Of a stretch of 41,825 nucleotides of DNA, positions 38,065-41,825 are shown in pieces. The stretch comes from a virus. Taxonomy: Duplodnaviria; Caudoviricetes. The notes under the pieces were generated by a model. The model saw only the letters and a list, made by a program, of their open reading frames with translations, did no database searches and was not told the DNA's origin. The stretch covers positions 1 to 41,825 of the IMG/VR virus record IMGVR_UViG_3300049477_000096, one strand, 5' to 3'. The stretch's first letter is position 1; each line of letters begins with the position of its first letter. The position numbers and the translations under genes are program-made.

Positions 38065-38202
38065 CACAGCGTGGGCGGTACTGTAGTCATACAGTATCGC
38101 ACAGGCGGTACTACCGCACGTTCTTTGACAACAGAATACAGAGCATACCACCGAGCGCGAGAGCGACTGGTGTGGTATGGCTTACCAGATAGTAAAAAGA
38201 CA

Positions 38203-38538
38203 ATGACAAAAAAACACTACGAAGCGATTGCAAGCATACTGCGTGGGTATGTAGAGCAACAAATAGGGGTACATGACCGTAGAGACTTGACCAAGACAGA
38301 GTGTGACGCGCTTGAACAGGCGTCATACGATATTGCGGACAGACTTGCGGACTATTTCGCAAGCGATAACCCACGCTTTGACCGTGTACGCTTTCTTACA
38401 GCGTGTGGTATAGAGCAAGAGGAGAGGTGCGAGTGTGGGAACCTACCATATACCGACACAGAGAACTGCAAGGACTGCTGTGCGTGCGATAAATGCACAT
38501 ACGGGTGTGGTACTTGTTTCTGCGATTGCCATAGATAG
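38203..38538 (+). CDS. Conserved phage protein with Cys-rich tail
   Basis: MTKKHYEAIA...LADYFASDNPRFDRVRFLTACG, then about 11 Cys residues. Confidence 0.7.
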   Translation: MTKKHYEAIASILRGYVEQQIGVHDRRDLTKTECDALEQASYDIADRLADYFASDNPRFDRVRFLTACGIEQEERCECGNLPYTDTENCKDCCACDKCTYGCGTCFCDCHR

Positions 38539-38592
38539 AGCCAAGCATAGCCGAGCCAGCACGCCAAGAGCGTAGCAGAGCCGAGCAGGAAG

Positions 38593-38624
38593 GCCGATAT
38601 ATCAAATGATGTATCGGCTTTTTT
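38593..38624 (+). terminator. Intrinsic terminator
   Basis: GCCGATATATCA-aa-TGATGTATCGGC-TTTTTT. Confidence 0.8.
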
Positions 38625-38686
38625 GTGTCCCTACAACGGAATTGCGTCGAGGGGAGGAAAGGAAAGGAAGGGGTTGGAAACCAAGG

Positions 38687-39028
38687 TTAGTCCTGAAGTC
38701 GTTGCACTTCTTCTGCGTATTCCGTGACCTTCAATTTACCTGCGGGGTAGCGGTCTTTCAGTTTCCATAGCATGTCTACTGCCTGTAAGCTTGCGCGCTT
38801 GTCCTCTTTGGCGAGCGCGATTTCTCGTACCCTGTCGAGCAAGTCCTTGTCTTCAATTTGTCCTAGCAGTTCTTGCCACCCCCGTGAATTAGTGAGGTTG
38901 CCTGTCTTCTGCCATGTTGATTTCTTATATCCAACCTTTCGCATGGCTTTGCTGATGTTCGGGCGCTCTCCGCGCGACACCTGCCCCATGACTTCCTGAA
39001 AGGTTTGCTGTTGTGATAGTGTTGGCAT
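38687..39028 (-). CDS. Probable terminase small subunit
   Basis: 113 aa; HTH-like ISKAMRKVGYKKST followed by helices; nearest substantial co-oriented gene upstream of terL; own TGGTATAAT promoter at 39045-39037. Confidence 0.6.
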   Translation of the reverse strand: MPTLSQQQTFQEVMGQVSRGERPNISKAMRKVGYKKSTWQKTGNLTNSRGWQELLGQIEDKDLLDRVREIALAKEDKRASLQAVDMLWKLKDRYPAGKLKVTEYAEEVQRLQD

Positions 39029-39037
39029 ACCCTTTGA

Positions 39038-39178
39038 TTATACCATGTGATAGAAAATGAGTGTCCCGACACCAGATTTGCGCGCTTCGGGCTTCTTTTC
39101 GCACTTCTTACAGAGCAGGACACCCTTCTTTATGGGCTTTCTGCACGACCAGCACTTATTTTTCTCCTTCTTCTTCAT
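39038..39178 (-). CDS. Small Zn-finger protein (46 aa)
   Basis: MKKKEKNKCWSCRKPIKKGVLLCKKCEKK...; below the ORF-track length cutoff. Confidence 0.55.
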   Translation of the reverse strand: MKKKEKNKCWSCRKPIKKGVLLCKKCEKKPEARKSGVGTLIFYHMV

Positions 39179-39338
39179 ATAACTTTGATAATAAATATAT
39201 CATTTCCGAGTATTCCTGCACGCATTTGGTATGAAAAGCTCTGCCTTCCACCGATTTTTGGTGTGTGTAGGGTAGGTGAGACTCCAATGAGTCGAAGGTG
39301 AGGCGGATAAGGCGTTCAAGGATTTGCTTGCGGGTCAT
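39156..39338 (-). CDS. Hypothetical protein (start MTRKQILERL)
   Basis: ATGA-coupled to the exonuclease. Confidence 0.6.
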   Translation of the reverse strand: MTRKQILERLIRLTFDSLESHLPYTHQKSVEGRAFHTKCVQEYSEMIYLLSKLYEEEGEK

Positions 39339-40087
39339 GAACGTATGACGGTTACAGCTTGTAATGTCTTCTCCGAGTTCCCAATCCCGCATGACTTACA
39401 TTCGTACCGCTGACGCCACCCTGCGGCGGAATAGCGCCTACCCTTCTTCATTAAGCTGGTTGAGCCACATGCATGGCATCCTTTCGTGCCGTCGTCTGCG
39501 TTCATGTTCGGGTGAGTTCGCATGAATGGGCGGAGGAGGTAGTAAATCTGCTCATTTACCAGAATGTCCCTGCCGTTGTAGCGCTTCTCCCGTGTCCATG
39601 CCTTGTCATCTCCTTCAATACAAGCTATCCATTCGTCTATTCCGAAGTGCAATTTCGGTTGAGGGACATGAAGGAAGTCGGCGAGCTTGGCGAGGGAGTT
39701 GCCTGGAAAGTCGGCTACCTGACGGGCTATGGTGAGGGTGTCTATGATAAGCGGGTGCGCGGGGGGTTTGATACCCCAGTACATAAAGCGTGCGTATATC
39801 TTTCTAATATCAAAGCGCTTAAAGTTATGACCGATTATCACGGGATAACGGTCTATCACATCACGGAGTTCACGGCAAAGTAGCTCGTCCGAGTACGGTT
39901 TCTTGCGGTAGTGGTCTTTGAAGTCAGGCAAGGCGACCACAGTGACCTTCTTACTACCAAGTTCTTTCCATGCGAAGGACAGTAGGAATTGCGGGCGAAC
40001 CATCTTCACTACGTCCGCTTCGTAGGTATCGTATGTATATGTGAGGTGCGGAGATATTTCTATATCCAGCACGATTGCTTTCAACAC
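39335..40087 (-). CDS. RNase H-fold DEDD 3'-5' exonuclease with C-terminal Zn ribbon
   Basis: LDIE, GHNFKRFD, IDTL, YNGRDI; CHACGS...RYECKSCG. Confidence 0.85.
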   Translation of the reverse strand: MLKAIVLDIEISPHLTYTYDTYEADVVKMVRPQFLLSFAWKELGSKKVTVVALPDFKDHYRKKPYSDELLCRELRDVIDRYPVIIGHNFKRFDIRKIYARFMYWGIKPPAHPLIIDTLTIARQVADFPGNSLAKLADFLHVPQPKLHFGIDEWIACIEGDDKAWTREKRYNGRDILVNEQIYYLLRPFMRTHPNMNADDGTKGCHACGSTSLMKKGRRYSAAGWRQRYECKSCGIGNSEKTLQAVTVIRS

Positions 40088-40118
40088 AGTTCAGGGGGTA
40101 ACTGCTAATTCCACTCAC

Positions 40119-40197
40119 ATTATACCAGACGCTTGTCAAGCACGACGTCGAGTTATCCACAGGGGGTGCAAAACTTTGCACTAGGTGGTGGTATACT
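40119..40197. promoter_or_regulatory. Divergent promoters with DnaA box and palindromic operator
   Basis: Minus strand CTTGACAAGCGTCTGGTATAAT; TTATCCACA at 40153-40161; GTGCAAAACTTTGCAC at 40166-40181; plus strand TGGTATACT ending at 40197. Confidence 0.7.
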
Positions 40198-40217
40198 AAA
40201 TACAGACAGCGAAAAGC

Positions 40218-40251
40218 CACAAGCACCCAGGTCGATGGGTGCTTTGTGTTT
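40218..40251 (+). terminator. Terminator-like hairpin
   Basis: CACAAGCACCC-aggtcgat-GGGTGCTTTGTG-TTT. Confidence 0.65.
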
Positions 40252-40531
40252 ACTTTCTGCGGAGTATTCGCTTTTCTATGATGAGAAACCGTTTGAGGGC
40301 GGTCTTCAACCTCCTCATATTATTTACTTTCGTGTTGAGCGCGGACAGTTCCTTGTTTACATTCTTTAACATTTCCGACGCCACGTAGCGGTCATACATT
40401 GTATTCTTCTGTCGTAGGTATGACTTATATTTCTGCGCGCACGCGAGGTTCTCGCACGTAAGAAACTTGTAGGGTTTGGCGTAGTTCGTATAACACACGA
40501 CGCACTTCCTCTTTTCAAACGCATTGTACAT
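40250..40531 (-). CDS. Zn-finger plus coiled-coil protein, leaderless
   Basis: CVVC...CENLAC; TACAAT lies 6 nt upstream of the ATG at 40531. Confidence 0.65.
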   Translation of the reverse strand: MYNAFEKRKCVVCYTNYAKPYKFLTCENLACAQKYKSYLRQKNTMYDRYVASEMLKNVNKELSALNTKVNNMRRLKTALKRFLIIEKRILRRK

Positions 40532-40552
40532 ACACTCATTGTAATATGAAGT

Positions 40553-40581
40553 AAAGAAAATCCCCAACCGAAGGTGGGGAT
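40553..40581 (-). terminator. Intrinsic terminator with UUCG loop
   Basis: ATCCCCACC-TTCG-GTTGGGGAT-TTTCTTT. Confidence 0.7.
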
Positions 40582-40602
40582 AACTTATTGGTTGAAGGGT
40601 AC

Positions 40603-40788
40603 TCATTTCGCCTTCTCGTTCTGCTTTGCCCATCTAACGTTGTGGGCATGGTTGCGTCTGTAATGAACGTAACAGTCGTTGTGGAAGTAGGACTTCTCAT
40701 CTCTGCCGCCGAGCTTGGCGACCCAGTGCTCGTTTCCAGGGTAGAGCACCCCTCCGCATCCGTGACATATCTCAAAGAGATTACGCAT
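40603..40788 (-). CDS. Small Zn-binding protein (CHGC...HNDC)
   Basis: Start MRNLFEIC, downstream of TGGTATACT at 40826-40818. Confidence 0.6.
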   Translation of the reverse strand: MRNLFEICHGCGGVLYPGNEHWVAKLGGRDEKSYFHNDCYVHYRRNHAHNVRWAKQNEKAK

Positions 40789-40840
40789 ATATACTCCAAG
40801 GAACTCTCTGTATATGAGTATACCATGGTAGTATATATAC

Positions 40841-41140
40841 ACATCCTGGCTACGGCGGTGCAACGTCAGTACCAGGCGTCTGGTGAGATAGAGTGGCGAA
40901 GACCGAGGGAACGATATCATCTACCGTCATAAAGGTAGAGGTGCCACCACCCCACGGGTAGCCTTGCACGGTCCGTGGGGTGCTTATGTTATGCTTATAG
41001 AGGCGGAGAGCGTAGGCAGAGGACTCAAGCAAGTCCAAAGCCGAACTCACTTTATCCCAGTGGAATACAGACATGCTACCTCTGTATCGTCAGGTGACCC
41101 AACTCCTGTCCTGCCATTAAGCCCCCATTTCGGGGGCTTT
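40841..41140 (+). ncRNA. Candidate ~300-nt structured non-coding RNA of unknown class
   Basis: TGGTAGTAT -10 at 40826-40834; multiple helices whose G-U pairs favour the + strand; loop-loop complementarity; terminator at 41119-41140. Confidence 0.7.
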
Positions 41141-41143
41141 CTC
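41119..41143. terminator. Probably bidirectional terminator
   Basis: AAGCCCCC-atttc-GGGGGCTT-TCTC, between convergent RNA units. Confidence 0.75.
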
Positions 41144-41156
41144 TATTAAGTACTTC

Positions 41157-41222
41157 GCAGATGGGGAGGGCTGGAACGATTACGGGACGCTTTCCTTTGC
41201 GTTTAACCGACCTCCCCCATCT
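41157..41222 (-). ncRNA. Small stem-loop RNA downstream of the tRNA
   Basis: AGATGGGG(G)AGG/CCTCCCCATCT closing stem; inner hairpin ACGC-AAAGGAAA-GCGT. Confidence 0.5.
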
Positions 41223-41235
41223 ATTAAGTACTCTG

Positions 41236-41318
41236 TGCAGGTGGGTTGAGTCGAACAACCTGGGCTTTGATACAACAGTTTTACAGACTGCCCCCGCGCC
41301 ATACGGGACTACACCTGC
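41236..41318 (-). tRNA. tRNA-Tyr(GTA)
   Basis: Acceptor GCAGGTG/CACCTGC-A, anticodon arm GCAGT-CTGTAAA-ACTGT, long variable arm, T arm GGTTG-TTCGACT-CAACC; CCA not encoded; TGATATACT promoter at 41336-41328. Confidence 0.92.
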
Positions 41319-41351
41319 GTATATTTGAGTATATCACTGTATGCCGTACAG

Positions 41352-41436
41352 TTAAGTACTCTGTGTGGCTCGCTGTGGAAAAAAACGCACGAACTTACGC
41401 TAATGCAATCGGCAACGAACCACACGGAATACTCAA
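41352..41436 (-). ncRNA. Long stem-loop RNA upstream of the tRNA
   Basis: TTGAGTATTC-C-GTGTGGTTCGTTG pairs with CAGCGAGCCACAC-A-GAGTACTTAA (~23 bp with G-U pairs). Confidence 0.55.
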
Positions 41437-41636
41437 TCGGTAAATGCGCCACGCTTCTCTGGTTTGTTATTCCACCAGTTACGTAGTCGCCTTTTTACTT
41501 TCATCACCATACTGTCGCGTGTACCCATTCTACCGTACTTGCAGTGTCTACACATACACACGCCAAGGTTGTTGGGTCGGTGTGGTTTTCCCTTGTACCA
41601 CTCTGCGTTTGGTTTGTGGTCGTGCGTTCTGCTCAT
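41433..41636 (-). CDS. Small basic protein (CMCRHC)
   Basis: 67 aa, flanked by 15-bp direct repeats. Confidence 0.65.
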   Translation of the reverse strand: MSRTHDHKPNAEWYKGKPHRPNNLGVCMCRHCKYGRMGTRDSMVMKVKRRLRNWWNNKPEKRGAFTD

Positions 41637-41645
41637 ACGGAATAC

Positions 41646-41825
41646 TCAATCCTGCATACTTAAAATGTCGCGCAAGTATTTATTTTCTTCCTCCATCGCC
41701 TCCTTCCTACCTAGTTCGTATAGTTTCAATCCAAGTTCTTTTAGGTCAAAGCCGTGTCCGTCTAGTACTACACTCTCAAGACCAAAATCTGTATCCACAT
41801 AATTGCATTTACTTTCAACCTCAAG
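41646..41825 (-). CDS. 3' part of the junction-spanning hypothetical protein that starts at 126
   Basis: In-frame continuation ending ...LRDILSMQD-TGA at 41646. Confidence 0.7.
   Translation of the reverse strand, partial: LEVESKCNYVDTDFGLESVVLDGHGFDLKELGLKLYELGRKEAMEEENKYLRDILSMQD

Noticed and set aside
40841-41140. tmRNA, RNase P RNA, cobalamin riboswitch or hammerhead ribozyme; also ORFs 40850-41074 and 40964-41149
   Set aside because: No T-arm/acceptor ends, no GAGGAAAGUCC, no B12 box order and no CUGANGA/GAAA core found by eye. The ORFs lack protein-like features and overlap the helices.
41157-41235. tRNA-associated HDV-like (theta) ribozyme
   Set aside because: I could not build the nested double pseudoknot starting at the tRNA 3' end; the element folds as a simple closed stem. 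A motif search would settle it.
1-41825. Stop-codon reassignment
   Set aside because: Genes tile densely in the standard code with TAA, TAG and TGA all used as stops, and the tRNA is Tyr(GTA), not a suppressor.
1-41825. Integrated prophage or lysogeny module
   Set aside because: No integrase, CI-like repressor or host flanking genes recognised; the contig is circular.

Overview
The window is a complete, circularly assembled ~41.75 kb tailed-phage genome. Bases 1-78 repeat at 41748-41825 and one ORF reads across the join. It has a podovirus-type gene set: terminase, portal, scaffold, DUF5309-like major capsid, adaptor, nozzle, fibres and two large ejection proteins. It also encodes an M23 endolysin with holin, a lambda-like initiator with internal iterons, a DnaB-like helicase, SSB, NinG and a Dam-type methylase. 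No integrase was recognised. Weak Shine-Dalgarno use, leaderless starts and DnaA boxes at promoters suggest a Patescibacteria/CPR-like host, but this is inference only. The main unusual features are: (1) a ~300-nt intergenic structured RNA candidate with a kissing loop and two alternative folds, next to tRNA-Tyr and two more stem-loop RNAs; (2) a 5-kb opposite-strand island splitting the probable terS from terL, with phased repeats, skewed composition, an amidoligase plus class II glutamine amidotransferase pair and a parS site with seven extra half-sites, possibly a first-injected region that recruits host ParB; (3) a probable programmed -1 frameshift joining a membrane anchor to a lytic transglycosylase; (4) an H-type pseudoknot right after the capsid stop codon; (5) a GT2-TPR-GT4 glycosyltransferase plus FkbM methyltransferase inside the head module; (6) accessory genes bounded by short direct repeats. 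All protein calls come from motif recognition by eye; no database searches were run.
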